This document shows positions 1 to 52,067 of a stretch of DNA of 64,000 nucleotides, piece by piece (positions within the stretch are counted from its first letter, which is position 1; each line of letters begins with the position of its first letter). A program made the translations under genes and the position numbers. The notes under the pieces are model-generated. The model did no database searches, was not told where the DNA came from, and worked only from the letters and a program-made list of their open reading frames with translations. The DNA comes from Phoronis australis (taxonomy: Eukaryota; Animalia; Phoronida), in the NCBI GenBank assembly GCA_002633005.1, contig NMRA01000601.1, positions 1 through 64,000 on the forward strand, given 5' to 3'.

Positions 1-611
1 CCCCCCCCCCCCTGGGTGCGCGCATGTGGGTGGGTTGGAGGAGAATGCAGAGCAGCTGTTTGGACTATGGACTGTGAGTCGCGTGACCCAAGTTTGCATC
101 CAGACTACAAGCACTGTTCTTATTGGGCCGTTCTAGCAGAACTTACTAACCTGAGACAAATGTTAAAAGTTTCGTAAGTTTCAAAATAAAAGTTAAATTT
201 GTCTCAAAACCAATGTAAAAAAGATCTTAAGTTGATTAAGTATTTGGCATAAGTTTTGTCTTAATTTTGACTAACTTATCGAATGTGGAAGTTTCAAACT
301 TTCGAAGTTAAGACAAATCTGTAACTTAAGTCAAAAATGAAATTACTGAAGTCAGTTTCTTCGAACAAGCTCATGCTCTCGCCTTCGGGTGCTTAGCCTT
401 ACTTAGGTGTGTGGAGGGGGAGGTGAGTTTCATGTAAACCGGTGCCCGATACCGCCAGGACTACCTTCATGAGCGTTTAAAAACATGAACGCAAGTTTTG
501 TGAAAAACACTGCCCATTGTACTAGTTTGGTGGAAGTCTCTGCATGCTGACAGCTTCAAACGTTTGCTGCTTTGCAAGTAATGCTCATTTGCATGTTTCA
601 AAGGAGCTATT

Positions 612-752
612 CCGTTCAGCAACGATAGGACCTCGCTAAAAAGCAAGACTTCGCGACATTACGAGAGATATTGCCGTGTATTTTAAATGAGAACACGTGA
701 CGTTGGCTAGATTCTAGCTAGGTCCTGGCGTAGGTCCTGGCGTTACTGAACG
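612..752 (+). mobile_element. ~145-bp palindromic MITE family (copies also at 4083-4217 and, inverted, 18111-18255)
   Basis: gttcag...ctgaac termini; shared core attgccgtgtatttta..tgagaacacgtga. Confidence 0.7.
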
Positions 753-2303
753 CACGCTCGCATTCCTTACTGAGAAGGGAAGTGCTCAATGCCGTAAACT
801 GACACGTTGTTACCAAGGAGTGTGAATGGAATATGTACTAGACTTCTTGCTGTGACCAGCCAACTTGTAGAGCCTGGTGTCAACTAAAATTAAATGGGTT
901 TCTTTAAGGCCTGAAATTCGGCACCTAGTTTTTCCTTAAGGAACAGGTTGCGATCAATTTCGTAACCGTAAGCTCAGATAGACTAAACAACTGTTGTTTT
1001 ATATATCTGAGCCGTAAGCGATCTCATTAAAAGTTAGCTTTCGTGATGGAACATGATTTTATTGTCACTTTAAATATAGTTAAGTCAGTTGGAGATAGTG
1101 GTACCTGTCAACTTGAATTTTGGGTTAAAATGTTTTGTTTTTCGATGAATTGCGTTTTCAGTTCGTATGGGAGGGGTCATCCTAGTGTCCCACGATGAGC
1201 CGTTGATCCGCGTTGTGTGCAAAGAACTGGGGGTATTTAGCGGAGGCACGATAGCAGCACTGAACGGGGATTTCGTAGAGCAGGAGCTGGCGGCAGAAAG
1301 TTGATTGGACTCAAGTCACGTGATTATGTAGTGTTATTTTTGACGCCAATCAGCGATATTTTGAAAAATCTCCAATTTCGAATAACTTTAGAACATTAAA
1401 TCTGAAATAGGTGATCAGATTCAAATGAAACTGTAAATTCTTCACTGTACTGTTCTTGAAAAACGCCGTTGGACTTGTTTTCAAAAGTTTCCGCTTTGGC
1501 ATGGGGAGCTATCAAATGTTGGGACTGTAAGGGTTTTTGTGAAAGAGTTTGAAAGTCACATAAAATAGAAACGAAATGCTAATTTAAAAAACTGTAACAA
1601 CGTTTTTGATATTTCCTCTTGAAAATTTATATCAAACCAAATTTGGTCTTGTAGTAGATGCCATTGTTTGTCTATGAATAACTTCTGTTTTGCTGCACTG
1701 AATTTTAATAAAACGACGGGGCACATTACGCAGTTATTGGAAGGTTGGTATAAAGACAAGAATCAAGTTCTATAGACTTAATACTTTCAGGAAATATTTA
1801 CTTTTGCATAGTTTTAAGTTTGATTTTGCTAACTGCACACGCTTATTATTATGAAAAGATATGTGATAGTGAAGTTTCTTAGTTTCAAAAAAATCTCAAA
1901 GTCTGCCTTTTTCATAGGCTTAGATGCTGTTACCATGTTGCAATTTTTACAATTTGCGGAAACCATGCTGAAAATAAAATAATTTTTCTTTAAAGACCCA
2001 ATCACCCCCATCTTTGAAAACCATTATTTTGGTTCATGTTTTGGTGCGAACACTCTTTTGTTTTCAAAGGAATGAATTAGTGTTCCTAATAATAGAAAAT
2101 AATTTCAGGTGGTCTAGTACATGCACACGTTGTACCGACTGGCCGATAGACGGGCCCTTTGAATTGATCGCCTGGGACCACTTTGTACTTTGTTGTCACT
2201 TGTACCACTCCACCTCTTCAGTTAGTGTTCGTAACTACACGTGGCAAAACGATCGACCAAGAGGACTTCACTGATGACTTCAACCGGAAGAATTTATCAC
2301 TAG

Positions 2304-2450
2304 CAGGGTCGGATTCAGGATTTTGATTTAGGGGGGCCAGGGCAGAATATTATCCACGATTCTTTCCGTCAGACATTCGCATCCCCAGAGTGCCAAAAGG
2401 AATCTGGGAGAATTTTAGGGGGGCATGCCCCCCCTCTAAATCCGCCACTG
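2304..2450 (+). mobile_element. ~150-bp hAT-like MITE (copy 1 of 3)
   Basis: CAG..GCGGAT-type termini; body shared with 32183-32348 (inverted) and 63774-63934. Confidence 0.7.
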
Positions 2451-2846
2451 ACTATAATCTTGATTTATTCCAATTTTGCCATTTCGCCTTGCCCTATTAT
2501 TAGCATTGCATGGGTCTCTCTGTTAAAAGTTTGATGAAACAAAATTGCAGCGTTGTAACATTTCTTTTACCATGAAGAAACATTACTTAACTGTAGTATT
2601 TCTCTTTTTCTAAAGAATGCTTATTTGTTCTGTCCTGAATATAAAATCTCCAGCATTGGTACATCGATCTTTCTTTGTGAATTCATTTAAAAATTACGTC
2701 TCTACGCTTGGAAACGGATGCAATTATGGTAATTACAGTATGGCAGAAATAGGCAGCTCTGTTGAAAACAGTCTGATAAAAGTACAACAAAAAGACATGA
2801 TTAAATGAGTTCCATGAGTTGCTGTGTGGACTTTATTAGATATCTA

Positions 2847-3494
2847 TGTCGCGTTTTCCCCGTGTGTGGGTGGGTGCAGGTGGTTACCAACCGGTACTAC
2901 TGGCTTTAGGTGCGACGATAGACTGAAGACTCACGTTCGAGTTAATAACTTTCACAAGCCCTACTCAAACAAAGCGTCCGACGTCTGTTCTACGCTCCAG
3001 CCAGTGCTGCGAAGCCTTGACTCGTGATGAACTTCCGAGTCACTTTCAGCAACTATTACACCCCATGATTCAAATAACCTGCTGTCTTTGTAGCTGCGGC
3101 TCTCTGTTGACTATCGCCGTAACTGCTAATTCTCTTCAGTACAACTCAACTATAATCCTCTCAACTGTTTAATTGGTTAACTGCTTGTCCCAAACCCGCC
3201 GTGCCTGGGTCTTTATAGACTCATGCAATGTTCTAGAACTTTTCACCAGTTCAAGCACATTCTAGAACTTTCAGGAATCTACCCAATCTTTCTACAATCA
3301 TATACTAGTCTCTAGATTGTCGCAGATTACATTAATCACTTACACGTTAGAGTCTTCTAGAATGTTCCACACTATTCTGCAGTAAACAAATTACATCATC
3401 ACTGTGCTGACCTCTGGGATCATGCCAATCAATAACACAAACAGAACAACAAAACAAAATAAAACTAAGAACAGTGTCAGTTTATATTCTGACA
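2847..3494 (-). mobile_element. Solo LTR (648 bp) of an LTR retrotransposon
   Basis: TGTC...GACA termini with flanking 5-mers atcta/atctt (TSD with one mismatch). A minus-strand TATA (ctataaag, 3218-3211) is preceded by nTTCnnGAAn arrays at 3227-3368. Confidence 0.7.
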
Positions 3495-4290
3495 ATCTTG
3501 CAATTTGGAAAAATATATGCCTTTATTTGTAATGTTACATTTTAAGCCTATTTCTAGTGCTGCTTCAGCAATATGACTATTACCGTGGTGTCCCGTTTAT
3601 GTTAATAAAAGTTCTGCGTAAAAATTACGGCTTTAGAGGGCATTCACAAGACTCATAAAATGTCTAAAATGTCCATTCTCAGTAAAAAATTAGGGCTGTA
3701 GAGGGGGTTCATGCCACTCATAAAATTTCTGCAAAAGGCATCGATTTCTATGAACCAGATTTGTAACTGTTCAATAGATGTCAATTGAATGTGGCAGTGA
3801 ATGTTGTGGAAATTTTGTATATTTGAGTCATAAAATTTAAAATATGATACGACATACTTGAAAATTCTTAGCATGCCTTGTGTTTGAGAGCAAGAGTACA
3901 TTACTGTGTTGATGCCGCATGACAGAAATGACGGTCATAAAGCAACATTTGTCAAATCTCCATTTCTTGTAGCAAGGCAATCAGCCTTTGAAAATGGAAA
4001 CGACGACAATTTTCGTAACTATTATTTTTGTGCGAAATAGGTGAGCAATTACCGTAGTAATCTCTATCAAGACTGCCCTGGTAGAGTTCAGAAACCCTAG
4101 CACCTAGTTGTAAAGCAGGACTTTGCGAGATTACGTAAGAAATTGCCGTGTATCTTAGATGAGAACAAGTGATTTTGGCTTAGGTTTTCGCGAGGCCCTA
4201 TAGTGTTACTGAACTCATACCTCTCTCGTTGGGTAACAAAAGTTGACCTTCAACTACGTACACGGCTTCCTTAGTTGCAAAATAATGAAA

Positions 4291-4430
4291 CTGTAGTATT
4301 GGTGCCGCTGTAGTATTGGTGCCGCTGTAGTATTGGTGCCGCTGTAGTATTGGGGGCCGCAGTAGTATTGGTGCCGCTGTAGTATTGGTGCCGCTGTAGT
4401 ATTGGTGCCGCTGTAGTATTGGTGCCGCTG
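4291..4430. repeat. 17-bp minisatellite (ctgtagtattggtgccg) x ~8
   Basis: Directly visible tandem array. Confidence 0.95.
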
Positions 4431-5841
4431 TTCAATCAATACTTTCAATGACTTGTCTGGCTACATTTTAAAGTACGGACGCAACAATATTCTCACGGCC
4501 AAAAAGCTGTCTCAGGAGTGAATATAGTATTTAAATATATAAACACTTTCTGGAATAAATTCTGCAATATTTTGGAGATCGAAAATTTCGCTTTTGTACA
4601 TTTAAGCGACCGATTTTTGACTCTTATGCTTTCTAGTTTGATTGTATTTGTGTACACAAAGTGGTGAAAACATTTACTTGAACGAATCTACCGCTCGGGT
4701 TAGCGCCCAGTTTTTAAAAGCCTCATGCTCTACTAACGCGACTCCTGTTTTTTAATTTTTCTATTGAAAAGGTAATAACCCACGCAGTCTGTGAAAAAGA
4801 CAATTTTTAAATAACTATTTGCTTTTTGTATAGTTGCATACATACAATAAACAAGTCTTGATCTGGGTTTAAACCTGAGCCGAGAAAACTATTTATGGAT
4901 TAGGGCTAAGAAAGTTTGTAATACTGCTTTAATCGTACATTTTAATAATCATGTGTCGGTATACAATAATAAATTTGTTATTCAAAATGTCAAAGAAGTG
5001 AAATACAACTTTATATGTTAGCAAATTAAACAATTATCTATTCCTATATCTGTGGAAGCTTGCCCTGGCGAGGCAGTTAAATCCTTCATCGTTTCATTTA
5101 CGTCCATTTACCGTTGACAATAAACTATCCTCATGGTGACAAGATCTGGACCTCGAATTATAATGGTCTATAACACAACTGAGGTACATTGACGGAAAAC
5201 TGTACACCCAATGGTTTATTGAATTTCACTGAGGGTACTTCTCTCAGAGTTTTTACCTTGCAGGTATCCCTGGCCTTGTATGTATCTTGCTCCGATGGTA
5301 TTTTTGGAAGGTCAACGAAGTGGTATTGTCTCGGATGCGTTGTTTTATCATCATACGTCATTGTTTCGGTCGCATACCCTTTTCCCAATGCGAGCGGCCC
5401 CTGGGTTGGGTCTACCAGTTGCAAGTTGACAAACAGAACCGAATCGAGTTTAATTTAAAGCGGCAACAAACTGGCGATAGAAACTATCACTTCAGTGATT
5501 TATCCCACTTATCGCAAAAATTGGTCTCAACTTGTAACTCAATATGAAGTGATTTTCAGTCGTACAAATATCTAACTGTTCAATCTATTGCGTGAGATCA
5601 TGCTCGGCCAACAAAATGCGTGACACGTCAACGTGTACAGCCGGCCTAGACTCTTGAAAGCAATAGTGACGAACCCCCGGCTCCGTACAAACCCAGAAAA
5701 TAGACTTGTTTTGACGAAGGAAATTTTTATACCAACTTATAACGATAAGTGATCTTTGTAAAAAACTGCGTTTTGTGACGGAAGACGGATCGAATTATAA
5801 CCTATTGAATAAACATTTTCTCAAAAATTTCGCGTATCGTT

Positions 5842-6564
5842 TCAAGCAAACCAACATTTCCACTTGTATGGCACTACATAATTCCACGACAAAGGATACC
5901 TCATTTTCAAGAACTTTACATACTTGTGTGGAACATTTACCCTTGTGCCCAAAAACTGCACGTGCTGAAGAGGAAATACCATAGAGTATTCTAACGTTGT
6001 TTCACCAAGAACCTGTAAAAGAAATAATCGAGTTTTCGGAATCACATTGTTATGGTCCCGAACTTCTGGACTCGGCATATACTGACATAATCTCTCACCA
6101 AGACATTTTCTCCAGAAGAACATATCCATATTTACTGTAACTGATTCCGAGGCTGTTCTTACTAAATACGAAGCCCCTCGATAGTTTGTCCTGATTCCGT
6201 ATTTGGCCAATTTATCCTTAAACTGGGTTTGAAACACACTTTCCTCTTCGTCTGTGCCTCCTAAGCGGCTGAAATCAACATCACCGTCGTGTCGAATTAT
6301 GTCTCTGTTTCTGTAATAGCCTAGCAGGCTGCCATAGTCCAACCAATAACTCTGGTTTAAAGAATTTAAGACTTCGGCCACTGTCCTCAGAACAAAGCGC
6401 ATTTTCGTCATTTTTAAGTCGCTCAACACACAGTCGTCGTTGTAATAATGGAAACCAAACGGCATTACTATTGAGTGTAGAATGAATATAAATAGGCCGC
6501 TAACTATTGGTAAGAACATGCACGTTCTTCCGTGGCGAAATCGCAACTTTTTGACGACGTTCAT
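5842..6564 (-). CDS. LicD/fukutin-related family phosphotransferase (nucleotidyltransferase fold), single exon, predicted type II membrane protein, 240 aa
   Basis: ORF 5842..6621 starts at TTG; the first ATG is at 6564 (MNVVKKLRFRHGR). A basic N-terminus is followed by a hydrophobic anchor (MFLPIVSGLFIFILHSIVMPFGF). YWLDYGSLLGYYRNRDIIRHDGDVDFS matches the LicD signature WLxxGxLLGxxR...DxDxD. The C-terminal VFPL...FLG...VP....FL..RY is also typical of the family. Confidence 0.85.
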   Translation of the reverse strand: MNVVKKLRFRHGRTCMFLPIVSGLFIFILHSIVMPFGFHYYNDDCVLSDLKMTKMRFVLRTVAEVLNSLNQSYWLDYGSLLGYYRNRDIIRHDGDVDFSRLGGTDEEESVFQTQFKDKLAKYGIRTNYRGASYLVRTASESVTVNMDMFFWRKCLGERLCQYMPSPEVRDHNNVIPKTRLFLLQVLGETTLEYSMVFPLQHVQFLGTRVNVPHKYVKFLKMRYPLSWNYVVPYKWKCWFA

Positions 6565-6643
6565 GCTCCACTTGTTATGAAAGGGTTGCAAATAACCAAA
6601 GCGTTCAGCGATAAACGACAAACACGTCGGTTCAAAGTTTGTT

Positions 6644-6982
6644 TGCTGTGCGTGAACTTGGAATCCTGATTAATCTCAAAATTTCCCCTTTACCGTAACT
6701 TGTGACAAAGAATCGGAGGAATATTCGAATGGTTAAATCAAGGAGTGTAGTAGTACTTGGTTAAATTAATTATTGTTTGGTGAATAAGATCGCCAATAGT
6801 TAAAAAATATAGGTTAAAATTTATGTCATTTTATTGAATTGTAATTTGATTTAGTGAGGTGCAAATTTTATCAACGTGAACGTGATTATTTGAGTGAACT
6901 TGTCAAATTTTACCGTGTATTCCAAGTTCACGCATACGCGATCTTGAAGATCCTTAGCAAGATTCCCGGTTCACGCACAGCA
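6644..6982. mobile_element. MITE with ~29-bp imperfect TIRs just upstream of the LicD gene
   Basis: tgctgtgcgtgaacttggaatcctg ... caagattcccggttcacgcacagca. Confidence 0.55.
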
Positions 6983-7007
6983 CGTGAATGCTGACCTGTC
7001 CTTTAAC

Positions 7008-7272
7008 CCCGGGGGTCACTCATATTGACAAGGTGCCCGCAAGCGTGTACCAAAAATTGTGGGTAAGCGGTACTTTTCAATAAGTTTTGCGGGTCCCGCG
7101 CGGTGTCCAATGTGCCCCTAAATTTCCATTTTGTCTCCGTGAAGCAGGTTATTCTACCCCGCAAAAAAGGGTGGGAGTTAGCAGACCTGGCACCCGCAAT
7201 GGGGGGGGGGGGTCTCTCAGCAATTTTTGTTGCATGCCTGCTTGCATCTTGCCAACATGAGTGACCCCAGGG
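7008..7272. mobile_element. MITE with CCCGGGGGTCACTC TIRs
   Basis: cccgggggtcactcatattgacaaggtgc ... gcatcttgccaacatgagtgaccccaggg. Confidence 0.7.
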
Positions 7273-7480
7273 CCTTCAACTACGTTCACGGCTTTCACCC
7301 TTTGCTTTGGTTGCAAAATAATGAAACTGTATAGTTGCCGCTGTTCAGTCAATACTTTCGTAAGCTTGTCTGACTAGTGACATTTTCAAACACTGACGCA
7401 ACAACGGAAAGAATGTTATTTATATGTCCTCGATAACAGAAACGCGCGTTCATTTAGGCCTGGACAAAGTACATGTAGCG

Positions 7481-8215
7481 AGCTAACCAACATTTCCACT
7501 TGTATGGCACTACATAATTCCACGACAAAGGATACCTCATTTTTAAGAACTTTACATACTTGAGTGGAACATTTACCCTTGTCATGCCCAAAAACTGCAC
7601 GTGCTGAAGAAGAAGTACGATAGAGTATTCTTAGACTGTTTCACCAAGAACCTGCCAGTGTAACAGAAATAATGGAGTTTTTGCAATCACATTGATATGG
7701 TCCCATGCTTCTGGACTCGGCATATACTGACATAATCTGTCACCAAGACATTTTCTCCAGAAGAACATATCAATATTTACTGTAAGTGATTCGGAGGCCG
7801 TTGTTACTGAAAACGGAGCTCCTAGATAGTGTGTCCTGATTTTGTATTTGGCCAATTCATCCCTAAAATTCAGTTAAAACGCCTTTTCCTCTTCGTCTGT
7901 TCCTCCTAAACGGCTGAAATCAAGTTGAACTATGTCCCTGTTTCAGTAATAGCCTAGCAGGCTGCCATAGTCCAACCAATAACTTTGGTTTAAAGCATTC
8001 TAGACTTCGGCTACTGTCATCAGCATCAAGAGCATTTTCATCATTTTTAAGTCGCCCAACACACAGTCGTCGTGGTAATAATGGATACCAAACAGTATTA
8101 TTATTGTGTGCAGAATGAATATAACTACGGCGCTAACTATTGGTAAGAACATGCAAATACGTTTTTCTACGGCGAAATCGCAATTTTCTATTAAAAGACG
8201 TGTACTCTCCACGCC
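7481..8215 (-). pseudogene. Inactivated tandem duplicate of the LicD-family gene
   Basis: Collinear and highly similar to 5842-6570 by eye. It has an AGA>TGA stop in GYY(R), a 12-nt deletion removing H-D-G-D of the catalytic motif (~7923), further stops and indels, and a mutated start codon. ORF fragments 7631..7855 and 8000..8212 belong to it. Confidence 0.9.
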
Positions 8216-9882
8216 ATGCCGTTCTTCGATACGAGGTTTTCTAATTTTTGTGTGAATGGGGAATCATCGGGCCGATTGAGCCATTACCACTGGAATTGAC
8301 GGAATCATAAATAAGGGCAAACACCGGCGAGTAACTGCAAGAGGGACACATTTCAGTAATTTTACCAAATTGTGAACTCAAGTCGCTCTTGAGAAAGAAA
8401 AAAACTGTTCTGTTTTTGTGAATGGAGACTGATCGGCTTAGGCCAGGAAGCAACTGACCGCGGAGCGTGTCAAATTGCGCTTCGCGTCTTCGCTGGGTGG
8501 AGGGATACCCTCACAGAGGAGCATGGGGGACGTGCCGCTGACTTGTAGGTTAGTGATTGATTCTGGCAGAGTCCCCACATACATATGTACATAATCTTTA
8601 TTTACACTCGTACATTCACAAATACAAACATTAGCCAAAGACTAGTCCGATGAAGCAGAGTAATAAACTGATAACAAAAATACAAAGGAGTATTTACAAA
8701 TATACAGCTACATGCAAATTAAGCTCTAAATACATTAAACCAACTACAAAGGAAAAGCTGACTAACAAAAACTTACATGAAGCATTATTATTTAGATCAC
8801 TAGGTAATGAAAGTATAGTGGGGAACGTGTAACTAAAAACGTTTCTAAATCTTGATATGGATCAATGATTGAGTTAGTGAAGTGGACATATAAATATATA
8901 TAAACACATTTACCAGAAAATTAGCTAATGGACGATAAGCTGTAATATTTAGAAAAGATATGTACAAAAATGATTAAGTCTAACTACTAATTAATATGAG
9001 ATAAAACAAACTGATATAAAATATTGAAACGGGGTAACAGTTACACATAGATCTTTAAGTTCAGTTGAAGTGTTTTTACGTTTTTTTATCATCTTATTGT
9101 TGAGTTACAAAGTTTGAGTGCTACGAAAGTAAAACTGCGCAAGCCATATTTTATTGTGTTGACATTGGGAATGCGAAGATTCATTGAATCCTCTGAGATT
9201 TGCTGTAAGGATTCCATTTACGCCGGATAGCATCAAAACCAGGCCTATACTTGCACAGACAAAGATTTTGACGTCTGACCGCCTCGTTTCGTTCCTCAAG
9301 AATATTTCACGGCAAACTCAGTATAGAAATAACCGTTTGCACTCACATTCCGACCACCGTAATCCGCCTGACTGAGATCAGACTCACTCCCCCCATGCTG
9401 CACCCGGCCACCTGTTCTGAGTAGTGCCGGACTCAGTGGTCGAAAAGCCGGAGTCACCTTCCCTCATCATATGTCTTCGCAGTTTCTTGTTGTTGTCACC
9501 TTTTTGTGATTTTAATTCAGCGTTCTATTCCCTGGAAAATTTGAGCATGTACCTAATTAGTTAAAATTATTTCTGGTACCCGGCGTCGTGGCGGTGCGCT
9601 GTAGGCTATAATCAAAATTTGTTTGCTCAAAGTGCAGAGAAAATTCAAGGACTTGAGACAAGTTTATCGTTAATTTTTTGTTAGTAGTTTTGAAATGGTA
9701 TTAAATACAAAAAAGAATTTTCGGCTTCAATTCATGTAAAAATTTATTTCCCCACCACCGTGACCCACGGCTATAAAATTTCCCCCAGGTCGGCAAATTT
9801 TCTGCAACATTTATTTCCACTAGGTGGCTCTGGGTACGAGAGCGTGGTCTCCCCTGTTCTAATGTATGTTTTTCTCGGCAAA

Positions 9883-49819
<39,937 letters not shown>

Positions 49820-51813
49820 TAGAGCAATATTCAACAACTTCAAGGGGCTTGTGAAGAGATTGGTGACTGGTCATTTTTTCAAAAAATATTTCTTTCGAAC
49901 ACGTGACTTTTTGTTGTTATGAATAGTGAAATTTAATATTCTGCATATCTTAAGTTAGACATAAAAAAATTCTCTGAATGTGTACTTGCCGTAGATGATT
50001 TAGGTAATCTCACAAAATTACTCATAATATTCTCTGGAGGCGACTGGGTGCAAGCAGAATTTATCATCAAAGAACGTGTTGGTCATAACCGGGCAAGACG
50101 GGAAATTTGCCGGGTAGTTAACATTTTGCAAACGTCATTCTGTAGTTAGTATTTTGGAACGATCAATCATGAGGTTACTTGTGTGTAATGTTGACAAAAT
50201 AAACCGCCATAGCAATCAAAATTGATTCTTTGACCGGTTACTAGTGGCGCGTATCACAGGACATTTCCTTTAAGTGAACCAATTGTAGAGGAGCAGTTGT
50301 CAAGTGCACTTGATGCACAGATGGCTAAAAGAGAATGTGTTATTTTAACCCTAACTTTAGGTTGTGTTGGACATTAGTGACAAATATGTATGGAACAACA
50401 AATTTTAACTCGGAAAAAGTATATCTTGCGAAATTAAAAATTCTGTATTATTTGACTCTTTACCAATATACCATGAACTGAGTCCTGTTGGCATGTCTTC
50501 TTAGCAAATTTTAGCAAAAAGAATGGTTTATTATAGTACAATGTCAACACCATGTTCAAGATGAGATCACAAAATTGCCGTTACAATTTTCTAAAAATTT
50601 AATTTAGTTTTTGTTTTTAATCGTAAGGAGTTTTTCATGAAAATAATAAGTCCTATTTTTGTTGACCCCTCATGCAGTAGTGGAAAATTTTAAAAGCCAC
50701 ATTTGGTAGAGCAATGCATTAAACTAAATTTCGTGTGAATGTACTCTGCCATTTCTGAGATGTGATGTTCCGAAGTTACCTAAATTTGGACGTTTTTTAA
50801 GCCTTCTACATAATCGTGAGGAAAATACAGTCACTGGCAAAATTACTGTTTTGCACTCTGGATATCTAAGCGTCAAGAATGGACTCGTTTACTGACATCA
50901 TGACCGGTAATTTCGGCTGCTCTTGCCATGATTTCTGCTTACACTCAGCTGTCAGGAGGAAGTTTGTCTTGATTATTTCGTGCATATATTACACAGTCGA
51001 GCCATGTTACAAGGAAACCTATAGAGAATTGTCATTTCAACTCGGGTTACAACAAAAACTCCCTATAGGTTTTACTGTAACCCGACTTCAATGAAACCAA
51101 ATCAACATGAATATGGTACAGCGAGCTTTAGACTCATGAAGTGAAACACTATAAGGGTCGTTCCGGTACAATCTGGGAGGGGAGGCACTTGAAATGCAAA
51201 ATTGTGGGTGCATTTGGCCTTTTGTCTATTCAAAATCACCAACATTCTTTGGGGGTATTAATCTTAAAAAATCATTCAGATAAGTGCCCCCTATTGTTCA
51301 GTTAGGCACGTATCAGACCTCCTCAGTGTGTTTTCCTTGTCACTGATATTCATCTCTGTTGCCTTATCCCCAGACAGTTGAAGAAACAGCAGGTGCTGTT
51401 GAATGCAGCTTTTGAAATCTTAAGCAGTGAACCTTCATCTTGGCATTGGAGAAATGATGATGTTGGACTGTGTTCAGAACGAATAAAAAATTACCGGGTG
51501 TTCTTGTAAAAATGAAAAATCACTTGCCGTTGGTGTTTTTTATCCATGAATTTGCCGTGGTGTTTGTTATCACCTGTTCCATGCAACACGGTATTATGTG
51601 CACGTAATTGTATTTTCATGCATTTTCACACTGAATTGATGGTGTACTTTAGTCCATGTCACAACTGGTAACTCTGAGTGGTCCATAATGTTTGGGATCT
51701 GAAACACACACCATAATCGTGTTTACTGACCAGCTTCTTATGTCTGAGGACTTAAAGGGTCTCTTTTGGTGATAGCAATATTTAGACATAACGGTCACAC
51801 CACAGTATAGGTT

Positions 51814-52067
51814 CATGTGTGCACCCGGGGGGGGGGGGGCCNGGGGGCTCAGGGGGCTTGAATGTGCCCCCCCATTTGGTGAAGTGGGCAAAAAGGTCCG
51901 CCTCTGAGAAACAGTCTGAGAAAATGAGACACAAGTCCAGTAAATAAGCACAAATGCGCAATTTACAGTGGTGTCCCCATTTTTTAGTCCACCCTCTTTT
52001 TTGTTACCAAAAGGTCCACAACATCTGGAATTCGAGCCCCCCATGTTGAAGGCTGGGTGCGCGCATG
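51814..52067. mobile_element. MITE with CATGCGCGCACCC-type TIRs (a related end lies at window positions 1-26)
   Basis: catgtgtgcacccggggg ... ctgggtgcgcgcatg; the identical ctgggtgcgcgcatg is at 12-26. Confidence 0.65.

Noticed and set aside
2271-2300. CTGATGA hammerhead core
   Set aside because: No correctly placed GAAA or closing stems
4291-4430. CRISPR-like regular repeats (also 57182-57414 and the ~145-bp arrays)
   Set aside because: Head-to-tail tandem units with no unique spacers, no cas genes and a eukaryotic context
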